Shown one piece after another: positions 17,970 to 28,415 of a stretch of 64,000 bases of DNA. The notes below the pieces were generated by a model that worked only from the letters and a program-made list of their open reading frames with translations, was not told the origin of the DNA and searched no databases. A program made the position numbers and the translations under genes. Within the stretch, counting starts at the first letter, position 1; every line of letters starts with the position of its first letter. Source of the stretch: Thermoplasmata archaeon (GTDB lineage Archaea; Thermoplasmatota; Thermoplasmata; Lutacidiplasmatales; UBA184); NCBI GenBank assembly GCA_021828195.1, contig JAKASQ010000001.1, positions 532,335 through 596,334 on the forward strand. The letters are read 5' to 3'.

Positions 17970-19288
17970 GCACCCGCCCGCGTCGGCCGCTCGTCGTGAA
18001 GTTCGGAGGCGCGTCGCTCGCCCGGCCCGACGTGATCGCAACTCGGATCCGGGGGCTTCGGGAGTCCTGCACGCCGGTCGTCCTCATCGTCTCCGCCCGG
18101 GAGGGTGTGACCGACGAGCTTCGGGACTTGATCGAGCGGCCGCGCGCGACTCGCGCGCATCGGGAAGCCCTCGCTCGCATCGAAGAGCAACATCCCAGCC
18201 CTTCGGCGATCGGCCGCGCGCACCTGGCCCGCCTTCGCCGCCTCGTCCATCGGATCGAGCGGCGCGGCCGCTGCGACCCGCCGACCGCGGATCGGATCAT
18301 GAGCATCGGCGAACGCTTGGCGGTCGACTGGCTCTCGGGCGAGCTGCGGGACGTCGGCCTTCCGGCCGTCGGCATCGAGGCCGACCGCCTCGGGCTCGTT
18401 ACGGACGATCGTCACGGAGGCGCGAACATCCTCATTGATCGGTCGGCTGCGGCCGTTCGCGCCGGGCTCGGAGCCCGCCTGCGGGGCGGACGGATCCCGG
18501 TGGTCACGGGATTCTTTGGCCGGGGCCCCCACGGGCGCGTCGTCACCCTCGGTCGCGGCGGTTCCGACTATTCGGCGACCGCGATCGGGGCGATCCTTGG
18601 CGCGAGCCGTGTCGAGCTCATCAAGCGCGGCGTTTCGGTACTGACCGCCGACCCGCGGCTCGTACCCCGCGCCCGCACGATCCGGCGACTTTCCTACGAA
18701 GAGGCGGAGGAGCTCGCCCAGTTCGGCGCGAAGGTCCTCCACCCGTTGACGGTGGAGCCGGCGCGCACCGCGAACCTGGAGATTGCGGTCCGCTCGCTCG
18801 ACGACCCGCGCGAGTTGACCATCATCGGTCCCCCCCGGGGCCCGAACGGGATGCGGGCGCTCACCCTGCTCGAACCCCTCGGGCTGGTCCGGATTCGCGT
18901 GCCGGGAGGGCGCCAGCGACCGGGGGTCGTCGCGGAGGCATCCCACCGGCTCGCGGACGCGCGTGTGAACATCGTGACCCTCTTCACCTCCTCCTCGCTC
19001 CTGAGCGTCGTGGTGGAGCGCACGAAAGCCCGGGCGGCCGCCCGTGCGCTCGCGGGCCTCTCCCGAGGAGGGGGTGCCAGCATCGAGGGCCCGTTCCCCG
19101 TCGGCCTGCTCACGGCGATCGGAGATGGCGTGCTTGACGATCTTGGCCGCATCCCGCCGGCGATCCTCGCCGAGGGGGAGGGGCTGAGCGCCACGCCCCG
19201 ATCGCTCTCCTTCGCCGTCCCGATCCCCAAGGCTCGGGCCGCGCTCCGCGCCCTCCACCGCGCGCTGGTCGAGGAGGCCGGCCGATGA
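17966..19288 (+). CDS. lysC: Aspartate kinase
   Basis: VVKFGGASL, SIGERL, TLGRGGSDYSA, TADPR, SYEEA.ELA.FGAKVLHP, degenerate ACT domains. Confidence 0.9.
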   Translation: MSTRPRRPLVVKFGGASLARPDVIATRIRGLRESCTPVVLIVSAREGVTDELRDLIERPRATRAHREALARIEEQHPSPSAIGRAHLARLRRLVHRIERRGRCDPPTADRIMSIGERLAVDWLSGELRDVGLPAVGIEADRLGLVTDDRHGGANILIDRSAAAVRAGLGARLRGGRIPVVTGFFGRGPHGRVVTLGRGGSDYSATAIGAILGASRVELIKRGVSVLTADPRLVPRARTIRRLSYEEAEELAQFGAKVLHPLTVEPARTANLEIAVRSLDDPRELTIIGPPRGPNGMRALTLLEPLGLVRIRVPGGRQRPGVVAEASHRLADARVNIVTLFTSSSLLSVVVERTKARAAARALAGLSRGGGASIEGPFPVGLLTAIGDGVLDDLGRIPPAILAEGEGLSATPRSLSFAVPIPKARAALRALHRALVEEAGR

Positions 19289-20487
19289 ACGATCCGTGGG
19301 AGGAGTTCGTCCACCGCTCCCGGGACGCCCCCTGCGCAGGCTACATCGAGCGAGGCGACGCCCCGGGGATTCCCGGGCGATGGGCGACGTCCTTCGTCGA
19401 TCCACGAGCCCGCTTCGCGATCGAGCCGAACGACACCACCGCCTCGCTGGAGAAGCGGACGGTCGGCGTGTTGCGCGGCGCCCGGAACCGAGCCCTGCTC
19501 GGTTATGTCGGATTTGACGCGGTCTCGGCGTTCGAGCCGCTCTTGAGGAAGTTCCCTCCGGGTGCGCCGTTCCCCCTCGGAGAGTTCGCCGTCATCGACC
19601 GGCTGCGTCTCGAGCGCGTGCCGCACCCGCCGGTGCGCCCGCCGGCCCCCCGAGAGACCCTTTGCCCCGGCCGGCCCCCGCGGGAGACGCTCCCCCAGCG
19701 ACAGTTCGAACGGGCCGTCCGGCGCGCACGCGCTGCGGTCGGGCAGGGCGAGGCCTTCCAGATCGTGGTCGCGACCCGTCGGAGCTGGCCCCGGCCGGCG
19801 AACCTGGTCGAACGCGCCGGCTGGCTGAGGGCGGTCGAGCGATTCGCCTACTTCTACTATCTGAAGTTCGACGATCGAGAGATCGTCGGCGCGAGCCCGG
19901 AGTCCGTCCTCGAGGTCCGGCGAGGTCGCGCCTACGTCAGCCCGATCGCGGGGACCCTTCCTCACGGACCGGCCCGACGGGGGCGTCGCGCGCTCCGGGA
20001 GGATCCTAAGGAGCTCGCGGAGCACCGGATGCTCGTCGATCTCGCCCGGAACGATCTCGGGCGCATCTCCGAGGCAGGCACCGTCCGCGTCCTCTCGAAG
20101 GAGCGCCGCGAGTCCTTCGCGCGCCTCGAGCATCTCATCAGTCGGGTGGGCGGCCGCCTGCGTGCAGGGGTCGGCCCTTGGGAGGCGCTCGCGGCCGCGT
20201 TCCCGGCGGGGACCGTGAGCGGCGCGCCGAAGATCCGCGCGACCCAGGTCCTGCGCCAGCAGGAACGAACGTGGAGGGGACCGTATGGAGGAGCGGTGGG
20301 CCTCCTGCGAGGGAACGGCGACGCCGCATGGGCGCTCTCCATCCGGACGGCGTTCGCGGCGGGACGAGCGCTGCACACGGCCGCGGGCGCCGGGATCGTC
20401 TGGCAATCCCAACCTCGACGCGAGTACCGCGAGGTGCTCGCGAAGCTCGCGCAGGTAGAGTCGACGCTGGTCAGGGGTGCCCGATGA
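19285..20487 (+). CDS. trpE: Anthranilate synthase component I
   Basis: GEAFQIV, GASPE, PIAGT, KELAEHRMLVDLARND, FPAGTVSGAPKIRA, YGGAVG, AGAGIV. Confidence 0.92.
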   Translation: MNDPWEEFVHRSRDAPCAGYIERGDAPGIPGRWATSFVDPRARFAIEPNDTTASLEKRTVGVLRGARNRALLGYVGFDAVSAFEPLLRKFPPGAPFPLGEFAVIDRLRLERVPHPPVRPPAPRETLCPGRPPRETLPQRQFERAVRRARAAVGQGEAFQIVVATRRSWPRPANLVERAGWLRAVERFAYFYYLKFDDREIVGASPESVLEVRRGRAYVSPIAGTLPHGPARRGRRALREDPKELAEHRMLVDLARNDLGRISEAGTVRVLSKERRESFARLEHLISRVGGRLRAGVGPWEALAAAFPAGTVSGAPKIRATQVLRQQERTWRGPYGGAVGLLRGNGDAAWALSIRTAFAAGRALHTAAGAGIVWQSQPRREYREVLAKLAQVESTLVRGAR

Positions 20488-21065
20488 AGGTGCTCCTCAT
20501 CGACCATGAGGATTCCTTCGTCTACAACGTGGATCAGGCGCTCCGCACGGCGGGCGCCGACGTACGCACGATCCGCTACACGGCTCCCTGGTCGGCGATC
20601 GCCGAGTACGATCCCGACGGCTTCGTGTTCTCTCCGGGTCCGGGCCATCCCCGGGACCGACGCGTGACGGGCCTCGCACGCCGGGTCCTGACCGAGTTCA
20701 GTCGCGAGCGCCCCGTGCTCGGGATCTGCCTCGGCCACCAGCTGATCGGCGAACATTTCGGGGGCCGGGTCGTCCAGGCTTCCTCGCCCGTGCACGGAGC
20801 TACGGCGGCGGTCCGACACGGCGCGGACCGGCTCTTCCGGGGAGTGCCCTCTCCGTTCGACGCGGCCCGGTACCACTCGCTCGTGCTCGATGCTTCCCAC
20901 GTGCCCCATGTCTTGGAAGTGATCGCTTCCACCACGCGCGGAACCGTCATGGCGGTGCGGCACCGACACCGCCCCGTCGCCGGGGTCCAGTTCCATCCGG
21001 AGTCCTACCTCACGACGCGCGGGCCTGCCATCCTCAGGAACTTCCTCGGGGAGGTTCACCGATGA
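20484..21065 (+). CDS. trpG: Anthranilate synthase component II
   Basis: LIDHEDSFVYN, SPGPG, LGICLGHQ, RYHSL, GVQFHPES. Confidence 0.95.
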   Translation: MKVLLIDHEDSFVYNVDQALRTAGADVRTIRYTAPWSAIAEYDPDGFVFSPGPGHPRDRRVTGLARRVLTEFSRERPVLGICLGHQLIGEHFGGRVVQASSPVHGATAAVRHGADRLFRGVPSPFDAARYHSLVLDASHVPHVLEVIASTTRGTVMAVRHRHRPVAGVQFHPESYLTTRGPAILRNFLGEVHR

Positions 21066-22108
21066 TCGGCTCGCTCTTGGAGAGGGCGGCCGACGGCCGG
21101 CCGCTGCGCCCCGCGGAGGTCCGCGTTGCGGTCAATCTCTTGGTTCGTGACTCGACCCCCGACGTGGAGCGCGCGGCGCTCCTCGCGGCGCTCGCCACGC
21201 GGGGGGAGACCTCCGTCGAGATCGCGTCCTTCGCACGCGAGGTCCAGCGCCATTCGATCCCGTTCCCCGGCCCGCGCGCAAACCGGGCGATCGATCTCTG
21301 TGGATCGGGCGGAGCGCGACGCCCCGCATTCAACGTGGGCACCGTATCTTCCTTCGTGGTCCGCGCCGCGGGCGTGCCGGTGGCGAAGCATGGAAACCGG
21401 AGCTTGCGCGGGGCCCACCTCGGCTACGCCGGATCGAGCGATCTGATCGAGGCCCTCGGCCTTCCCTACCTCACGTCGCGAGCGTTCGCCCGGGAGAGCT
21501 ACCGTCGCGAGGGGATTACGTTCCTGCACGCGCCGCTCTTCCATCCCGCGATCGGCGCGGTGGGGCCCGTGCGCCGTGCCCTCGGGATCCGCACTCTGTT
21601 CAACGAGCTCGGTCCGCTCACGAACCCGGCACGGGTCTCCTACCAGGTTGTCGGAACTCCCGATCGCGCGACGGCCCGATCGGTGGCGTCGATCCTTCCC
21701 GGGCTCGGGGTCCACGACGGGGCCACGATCGCCGCCTCGGACGCGACGGATGAGTTTTCCCCTACGCGGCCCTCCGAACTGTTCCTGTGGAGCGGTACCC
21801 GTCGGCGTCGGCTCCGCGTGGACCCCCACCGCCACCTCGAGCCGGATGATCGCCGGGGCTCGAACGGCCCGCTTCCCGCCCGGGAGTCGGCCGCCGAGAC
21901 CGAGCGGATCCTCGCGGGAGGGGGCGGCGCCCGCCGGGGGAGCATCCTCCTCACGAGCGCCCTCGGGCTGTGGGTGCGGGGCGCCGTTCCGACACTGCGG
22001 GCGGGCGTCGCTCGCGCTACCGACGCGCTCGATTCCGGCCGAGCCGAAGCGCTGCTCGGCCGGCTCCGCGAACTCGGCACTTCGCGCATCTGGGCGGGAG
22101 AGGAGTAG
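21062..22108 (+). CDS. trpD: Anthranilate phosphoribosyltransferase
   Basis: DLCGSGG, FNVGT, KHGNRS, GSSDLIEALG, RTLFNELGPLTNP. Confidence 0.92.
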   Translation: MIGSLLERAADGRPLRPAEVRVAVNLLVRDSTPDVERAALLAALATRGETSVEIASFAREVQRHSIPFPGPRANRAIDLCGSGGARRPAFNVGTVSSFVVRAAGVPVAKHGNRSLRGAHLGYAGSSDLIEALGLPYLTSRAFARESYRREGITFLHAPLFHPAIGAVGPVRRALGIRTLFNELGPLTNPARVSYQVVGTPDRATARSVASILPGLGVHDGATIAASDATDEFSPTRPSELFLWSGTRRRRLRVDPHRHLEPDDRRGSNGPLPARESAAETERILAGGGGARRGSILLTSALGLWVRGAVPTLRAGVARATDALDSGRAEALLGRLRELGTSRIWAGEE

Positions 22109-22110
22109 CG

Positions 22111-22917
22111 ATGACCTTCCTGGACGACCTGCTTCCCGAGATCCGGCGCACGATCACCTCCCCCGCGTACGCGATCGGCTTACCGTCCTCGGCGCGACGA
22201 TCTCCTCCGAGCCTCCGTGCGTCGATCGACTCCGCGGCCCACAACTGGGGGGTGCTGCTCGAGCATAAGCACCGGTCCCCAGGATCCCTCGAGCCGACGC
22301 GGCGGGGCGCGGGGATCGATTCGTTCGTGCGCGTCGCCGAGGCCGGAGGGGTCGCCGGCCTCTCCTGCCTCGCGACGGCCCCCGAGTTCGCGGGGGCGCC
22401 GGAGGAGGTCGCGGCCGTCGCCGCACGCAGCCGCCTCCCGGTACTGTTCAAGGACTTCGTGATCGACCCGATCCAGGTCGATGCCGCCCGGAGGGCGGGC
22501 GCCGCGGCGATCCTCCTCCTCGCCCGGCTCGAAACCGAACGCCATCTCTCGTACTCGCTCGCCCAGCTCGCCGAGCGGGCCCACGAAGGCGGGCTCGAGG
22601 TGCTCCTCGAGTTCCACGGCCCCGACGAGCTCGAGGTGGCGGACCACGTGCCCGCGGACGTCTACGGCATCAACCTGCGGGACCTGGAGACCCTGAGGCT
22701 CTGCCCCGAGATCGCGGCACAGACGTTTGTCCATGCGCGAGGACTCCGACCGTTGATCGGGATGAGCGGCATCGAAGGCCCCGAGGATGCCGCGCGATTC
22801 CGCACCTGGGGAGCGGACGGAATCCTCGTCGGTTCGGCGCTCGCTCGCGCGCGGGACCCCGGGGAGTTCGTGGCCGGCCTCGGCCGGGTGGGGAGCATGC
22901 GACGGGGTGGATCGTGA
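22111..22917 (+). CDS. trpC: Indole-3-glycerol-phosphate synthase
   Basis: EHKHRSP, LPVLFKDFVIDPIQV, GAAAILL, GINLRDL, MSGI, LVGSAL. Confidence 0.9.
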   Translation: MTFLDDLLPEIRRTITSPAYAIGLPSSARRSPPSLRASIDSAAHNWGVLLEHKHRSPGSLEPTRRGAGIDSFVRVAEAGGVAGLSCLATAPEFAGAPEEVAAVAARSRLPVLFKDFVIDPIQVDAARRAGAAAILLLARLETERHLSYSLAQLAERAHEGGLEVLLEFHGPDELEVADHVPADVYGINLRDLETLRLCPEIAAQTFVHARGLRPLIGMSGIEGPEDAARFRTWGADGILVGSALARARDPGEFVAGLGRVGSMRRGGS

Positions 22918-23561
22918 GGACCTTCGTGAAGTTCTGCGGATTGAGCGATGCCGCGACGATCGCGCTCGTGCCGGAGGGCGGCGCCGCGGGGTTCGTGATC
23001 GACGTGCCCGGCTCCCCGCGCGCGATCCCCCTGGAGCGGGCGGCGAAGCTCGCCGAGGTCGTGCCGAGCGACCGCGAGATCTGGGCGGTGACGGTCGATC
23101 CGAGCGTCGAACTGATCCTGCGGATCTTCGAAGAGATGGGAACGGACCGGGTGCAAGTGCACGGTCGGATCCCCGACGGGCTCGACACGATCCTTCGGCG
23201 CCACATCGTCCCGTCGCTGGCGATTCCCCGGCCGGGAAGCGACGATCCCACTCCCGAACTTCCGGGGACCGATCTCGCCTCCCTCGTCCACCTGGACGCC
23301 GCAGGCGGCGCCCTGCCGGGAGGAGGCGGGGCCGCACCGGACTGGGAGATCTGCGCTCGGATCCTCGCGAGCGCCCCCGGCCGAAAGATCGTGCTCGGCG
23401 GGGGACTCACCCCCGAGAACGTGGAGAGTGCGCTCTCGACCGTAGCCCCGTGGGGGGTGGATGTCTCGAGTGGAATCGAATCCGCTCCCGGGAGGAAGGA
23501 TCCGACGCGCATGCTCGCGTTCTTGGGGGCCGTGCGACGCTGGGAGGCCCATCATGCCTAG
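22914..23561 (+). CDS. trpF: Phosphoribosylanthranilate isomerase
   Basis: [41 protein letters not shown]. Confidence 0.93.
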   Translation: MRTFVKFCGLSDAATIALVPEGGAAGFVIDVPGSPRAIPLERAAKLAEVVPSDREIWAVTVDPSVELILRIFEEMGTDRVQVHGRIPDGLDTILRRHIVPSLAIPRPGSDDPTPELPGTDLASLVHLDAAGGALPGGGGAAPDWEICARILASAPGRKIVLGGGLTPENVESALSTVAPWGVDVSSGIESAPGRKDPTRMLAFLGAVRRWEAHHA

Positions 23562-24717
23562 GCGGTTCGGCCCCTATGGGGGAGCTTTCGTTCCCGAGAC
23601 CCTGGTCCCGGCGCTGTCCGAGCTCGAACGCGAGTGGCGCACCGCGCGGCGAGATCCGAGGTTCCGTGCCGAGCTTCACCGCCTTTCTCGCACGCTCGCC
23701 GGCCGACCCACACCTCTGTACTTCGCCGGCCGGCTCACCGAGCGGGCCCGAGGCGCGGAGATCTGGCTCAAGCGGGAGGATCTCGTGCACGGCGGCGCGC
23801 ACAAGTTCAACAACGCGCTCGGCCAGGGCCTGCTCGCGAAGCGGATGGGCAAACCGCGCCTGATCGCCGAGACCGGCGCGGGGCAGCACGGGGTAGCGAC
23901 GGCGATGATCGGAGCCGCGCTCGGGCTTGAGACCGAGGTGTACATGGGCGAGGTCGACATGGAACGCCAGCGATCCAACGTCCTCCGGATGGAACTGCTC
24001 GGTGCGAAGGTCCGGCCCGTCACGACGGGCCAGCGGACCCTCAAGGACGCGATCAACGCCGCGCTCCGGGACTGGATCGCGAGCGTTCGGTCGACCCACT
24101 ACCTACTGGGTTCCGCGGTGGGGCCGCACCCTTTCCCATCGATCGTCGCGGAGTTCCAGAGCGTGATCGGTCGGGAGATCGCGAAGCAATCCCGCGCGAC
24201 GTTCGGCCGGCTTCCCGACCTCGCGGTCGCGTGCGTCGGCGGTGGATCCAACGCGATCGGCACGTTCCACCCGTTGCGACGCACGGACGTCGAGTTCCTA
24301 GGTGTAGAGGCCGGGGGATATCGCCGCCACGGCGCCGGCGCGGCGTCCCTCGCCCACGGCCGGCCCGGGATCTTGCACGGGACGTACTCGTACGTCCTGC
24401 AAGACCGCGAGGGGCAGATCTCCGAGACGGAGAGCATCAGCGCCGGGCTCGACTATGCCGGCGTCGGCCCCGAGCATGCATGGCTGAAGGACAGCGGGCG
24501 GGCGCGGTACATCGCGGTCCACGACGACGACGCCCTGCGAGCGTTCCACTGGCTCGCCGAGGACGAAGGGATCCTGCCCGCCCTGGAATCCGCGCATGCC
24601 GTGTTCGCCGCGGTCGCGGAGGCGCGACGGCGTCCCGCCCGGCAGAAGATTGTCGTCACGCTCTCCGGCCGCGGCGACAAGGATTTGGAGGTGGTCGGTC
24701 GTGCCGCGAGTCGCTGA
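23554..24717 (+). CDS. trpB: Tryptophan synthase beta chain (TrpB1)
   Basis: [62 protein letters not shown]. Confidence 0.96.
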   Translation: MPRRFGPYGGAFVPETLVPALSELEREWRTARRDPRFRAELHRLSRTLAGRPTPLYFAGRLTERARGAEIWLKREDLVHGGAHKFNNALGQGLLAKRMGKPRLIAETGAGQHGVATAMIGAALGLETEVYMGEVDMERQRSNVLRMELLGAKVRPVTTGQRTLKDAINAALRDWIASVRSTHYLLGSAVGPHPFPSIVAEFQSVIGREIAKQSRATFGRLPDLAVACVGGGSNAIGTFHPLRRTDVEFLGVEAGGYRRHGAGAASLAHGRPGILHGTYSYVLQDREGQISETESISAGLDYAGVGPEHAWLKDSGRARYIAVHDDDALRAFHWLAEDEGILPALESAHAVFAAVAEARRRPARQKIVVTLSGRGDKDLEVVGRAASR

Positions 24718-25537
24718 CGCGCTCTCCCTCGCTCGTTCGCAGGGACGCGCCGCCCTGGTCCCGTACGTCATGGTCGACCGGGCCCGCACGCGCCGGCTCC
24801 GCTCGGTCGTCGAGGCCGCGCTCGAGGCGGGGGCGTCGGCGCTCGAGCTGGGGTTCCCGTTCTCCGATCCGATTGCCGATGGACCGATCCTGCAAGCGAC
24901 CGCGGACCGCGCCCTCTCGAATGGCACCGACTGGAGCGATCTGGTCGAGTCGCTCGAGATCGCGAGCGCGCTCCTCCCGACCGCGGTCATGAGCTACGCG
25001 AACCCCTTTTGGCGGCACGGGCTCGACCACTCCCTCCGGAGCATCGCGCGCGCGGGCGCGTCGGGGCTCATCGTTCCGGACCTGTCGCTGGAAGAAGCGC
25101 CACCCTGGATCGCCGCGGCCGGCCGCCATTCGATCAATCTCGTCCTCCTGGCGGCGCCGGGGGTCTCGGAGCGGCGGACGGTCCGTCTCGCGCGGGCGAC
25201 CCGCGGATTCCTGTACCTGGTAGCGCGCTACGGAACCACGGGGACGGCGCTCTCGGCCGAACGGATCGATCTGACCCCGATCGTTCGGACCGCCCACCGG
25301 GCGGCGCCGAGGACCCCGGTCCTGATCGGATTCGGGATCAAGGATCCCGCGACGGCCGCGCAGGCGCTCGCGTACGGGGCCGACGGGGTCATCGTCGCAA
25401 GCGCGCTCGAAGAGCGCTTCGTCCGAGCTTTCGGAGCGGCGACGGTCCGGCGCGTGCTCGGGCCGATCGATCGCACGCTTCGCGCACGCGGCGTGAGCCC
25501 GCCGTCGCGGCCCCTCTTATATCGCACGCGCCGCTAG
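24701..25537 (+). CDS. trpA: Tryptophan synthase alpha chain
   Basis: [44 protein letters not shown]. Confidence 0.94.
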   Translation: MPRVADALSLARSQGRAALVPYVMVDRARTRRLRSVVEAALEAGASALELGFPFSDPIADGPILQATADRALSNGTDWSDLVESLEIASALLPTAVMSYANPFWRHGLDHSLRSIARAGASGLIVPDLSLEEAPPWIAAAGRHSINLVLLAAPGVSERRTVRLARATRGFLYLVARYGTTGTALSAERIDLTPIVRTAHRAAPRTPVLIGFGIKDPATAAQALAYGADGVIVASALEERFVRAFGAATVRRVLGPIDRTLRARGVSPPSRPLLYRTRR

Positions 25538-25544
25538 CGGCCCA

Positions 25545-26744
25545 ATGGCTCCGGTCGCTGGCCGGTGGACGCGCTCCGCCCGGCGCGTGCTGCCCCAGAT
25601 GCGGACGTGGCGGATCGCCTTTCACGAGGACCCCGAGCTCTCCGACCAAGAGACCCACACGCGCGATCGGGTCGTCTCGGCGCTCCGGACCTTGGGCCTC
25701 GATCCGATCACGTACGACGACGGTTTCAACGGGGTCCTCGCGGTGATCGCCGGAGATCGACCGGGTCCCGTGGTGGCCCTGCGAGCGGACATGGACGCCC
25801 TGCCGGTGAGGGAAGAGACCGGCCTTGCCTTCCGTTCGCGCAACCCCGGCCGGATGCATGCGTGCGGGCACGACGTTCACATGTCGGCGCTACTCGGAGC
25901 CGCGACCATCCTCGCGGGGCACCGCTCGGGGCTTCGGGGCGCCGTGAAGCTGCTGTTCCAACCGGCCGAGGAGGAGGGAGAGAAGGGGGGCGCAGGGCCG
26001 TTCCTCGAACGAGGCTGCTTCGAGCGGCCGAAGGTCGATTACGTCGTGGGCCAGCACGTCGACCCCGCCGTGCCGCTCGGGTCGATCGGCACCCGGGCAG
26101 GGCCGGCGATGGCCGCGGCCGACCGCTTCCGCATCCGGATCCGGGGTCATGGGGGCCACGCAGCCGCGCCGCACCTCGGACCCGACGCCGTGCTCGTCGC
26201 CTCGGAGATCGTGGTCGGACTCCAGGCGCTGGTGAGCCGGGTACGCAACCCGGTCGACCCGGTGGTCGTGAGCGTCGGACAGATCCACGGGGGCACCCGA
26301 CACAACATTCTTCCCGACGAGGTCGTCCTCGACGGCACCGTGCGGACCTTTCGGCCCGCGACCCGCGAACGGATGGAGGTCGCGCTCCGCCGTCGCGTGC
26401 GCTCGATCGCCGCCAGCCTGGAGGCGAAAGTGCGGATCGAGTACTACCGAGGGTACCCGGCGCTTTGGAACCCCACCGGAGCGACACGGGTGATCACCGA
26501 AGCTCTGCGCTCGGAGTTCGGCGCCCGGCGTGTCATCGAACTCGAGGAGCCGGTAATGGGCGCCGAGGACTTCGCCCGGTACCTGGAACGTGTACCCGGG
26601 ACGTTCTTCCAGCTCGGCGTGGGGGTCGCCGGCCGCTCGGCGGGATTGCACAGCGCCCAGTTCGCTCCGCCCGAAGCCGCTCTCGTTTACGGCGCCGCCG
26701 CCCTCTTGGCCGCGACCGAGGCCCTGCAGGGGAACGCACCGTGA
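25545..26744 (+). CDS. M20D family amidohydrolase/carboxypeptidase
   Basis: HEDPELS.QE, LRADMDALP, MHACGHD.H, FQPAEE, MGAEDF, LHS; own TATA (TTATAT 25517-25522). Confidence 0.92.
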   Translation: MAPVAGRWTRSARRVLPQMRTWRIAFHEDPELSDQETHTRDRVVSALRTLGLDPITYDDGFNGVLAVIAGDRPGPVVALRADMDALPVREETGLAFRSRNPGRMHACGHDVHMSALLGAATILAGHRSGLRGAVKLLFQPAEEEGEKGGAGPFLERGCFERPKVDYVVGQHVDPAVPLGSIGTRAGPAMAAADRFRIRIRGHGGHAAAPHLGPDAVLVASEIVVGLQALVSRVRNPVDPVVVSVGQIHGGTRHNILPDEVVLDGTVRTFRPATRERMEVALRRRVRSIAASLEAKVRIEYYRGYPALWNPTGATRVITEALRSEFGARRVIELEEPVMGAEDFARYLERVPGTFFQLGVGVAGRSAGLHSAQFAPPEAALVYGAAALLAATEALQGNAP

Positions 26745-28021
26745 ACGTCGCACGCGCGCGCGCCGACTTCCCCGCCCTGCGCCCGCGCTCCGGGCGATCT
26801 CGCGTCGCCTACCTCGACTCCGCGTGCATGTCGCTCGTGCCGGAATCGGTCCTGCGCGCGATGGAGGAGTACTACTCCGACTATCCCGGCTGCGCCGGCC
26901 GCAGCTTGCACCGATTTTCCGAGGAGGTCTCGCGCCGCTACGACGCCGCGCGGAGCGCCTTCGCCGAGTTCGTCGGCACGAACGCGCCGGAACATGTCGT
27001 CTTCCTGCGAAATGCGACCGAGGCGATCAACCTGGTGGCGAGCGGCCTCGACTGGAAGAAGGGCGACCGGGTGCTCGTCTCCGATCAGGAGCATAACTCG
27101 AACCTCGTCGTCTGGCAGCGGCTCCGGCGCGAGCGCGGGATCCGGCTCGAGATCCTCCCGCTGAGCGCCGACGGGTCCTGGGATGCCGAGGTGCTCGAGC
27201 GCGCCCTCTCCCGGAGGATCCGGCTCGTCAGTCTCTTCCACACCTCCAATCTTGACGGTCGTTCCCTGCCGATCCGCGAGATCGCGGAGCGCGCGCACGA
27301 TCGGGGAGCCCAGACGCTGTTCGATGGCTGCCAGGCGGCTCCGCATCGCCCGGTGAATTTCGATCGCCTCGGCACGGACTTCTACGCCCTGTCGGCCCAC
27401 AAGATGCTCGGACCGACCGGAACGGGAATCCTCGTGGGCACCCCCCAGGGCCTCTCCGGGTTGCGACCGCTCGTGATCGGGGGGGAGACGGTACAATGGA
27501 CCACGCTCACCGACCACGAACTGCGTCCCCCTCCCTACCGGTTCGAAGCCGGGCTGCAGAACTACGGTGGCATCATCGGAGCCCACGCCGGGCTTCGGTA
27601 CCTCGAGCGGATCGGCCTCGAGGCCATCGAGAGCGCCCAGCGCGAACTCAACCGCGACGTGACCAAGGCGCTCTCCGGGCTCGGACGGGTCCACGTCCTC
27701 GGACCGGAGAACCCGCGGGACCGCCCCAGCATCTTCGGCTTCACGATCGACGGGATCGATCCCCACGACGCGGCGTTGTTCCTGGACGAGGGCTGGGGAG
27801 TGCTCGTCCGCTCCGGCATGCATTGCGTACACTCCTGGTACGAGCGCCGGGGCCTCACGGGGAGCATTCGGGCCTCGTTCTATCTCTACAACAACCGGGA
27901 CGACGTCACCGCCCTCGTCCGCGGCGTCCGAGAACTGCTCGAGCGCCTGCCCTCGCGGCCGGGCGGAGCGCGGCCGACGCCGCACCGCGGCCAACGGGCG
28001 CCGAAGGCACGTGTCGCATGA
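26741..28021 (+). CDS. Cysteine desulfurase, SufS-like (group II)
   Basis: DFPAL, YLDSA, NATEAIN, EHNSN, DGCQ, SAHKMLGPTG, FEAG, RSGMHC, RASFYLYN. Confidence 0.9.
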   Translation: MNVARARADFPALRPRSGRSRVAYLDSACMSLVPESVLRAMEEYYSDYPGCAGRSLHRFSEEVSRRYDAARSAFAEFVGTNAPEHVVFLRNATEAINLVASGLDWKKGDRVLVSDQEHNSNLVVWQRLRRERGIRLEILPLSADGSWDAEVLERALSRRIRLVSLFHTSNLDGRSLPIREIAERAHDRGAQTLFDGCQAAPHRPVNFDRLGTDFYALSAHKMLGPTGTGILVGTPQGLSGLRPLVIGGETVQWTTLTDHELRPPPYRFEAGLQNYGGIIGAHAGLRYLERIGLEAIESAQRELNRDVTKALSGLGRVHVLGPENPRDRPSIFGFTIDGIDPHDAALFLDEGWGVLVRSGMHCVHSWYERRGLTGSIRASFYLYNNRDDVTALVRGVRELLERLPSRPGGARPTPHRGQRAPKARVA

Positions 28022-28404
28022 AGGGAATGTACCTCGACTACACAGGGATCCGCGTCACCAATCTCGAACGCGCGCACCGGTTCTTCACGGGCGCACTCGG
28101 ACTGCGGGAGGTCCGCCGTGGAACCATGCACCATGGCGGCATCTGGGTCCTGCTGGGCGATCCGCGATCGAAGCAGCACCTCGAGCTGAACTGGTACCCG
28201 CCAGGGTCGGAGTTCGCGACCCGTTTCGTCGCGGGTGAGGGTCTCGATCACATCGGCGTTCGGGTCCGGGACCTGCCGGATCTTGCACGCCGATTGCGCC
28301 GCTACGGAGGACGGCTCCAAACCCAGTTCCGGGAGGGCCGGCGCGTCGTGGTGGCGTACTATCGCGGTCCGGACGATATCTGGATCGAGCTCATCCGGCA
28401 GTAG
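28018..28404 (+). CDS. VOC/glyoxalase family protein
   Basis: YTGIRVTNLERA..FF..LG, LELNWY, GEGLDHIG.V, GPDDIWIEL. Confidence 0.88.
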   Translation: MKGMYLDYTGIRVTNLERAHRFFTGALGLREVRRGTMHHGGIWVLLGDPRSKQHLELNWYPPGSEFATRFVAGEGLDHIGVRVRDLPDLARRLRRYGGRLQTQFREGRRVVVAYYRGPDDIWIELIRQ

Positions 28405-28415
28405 CCGGCTACGGA

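Noticed and set aside
14389-19288. Apparent giant ORFs or fusions (833 aa to AroC, 950 aa to aspartokinase; likewise 818 aa to SufS at 25565)
   Set aside because: Their N-terminal parts are stop-free alternative frames over real upstream genes in GC-rich DNA; the true starts overlap the preceding stops.
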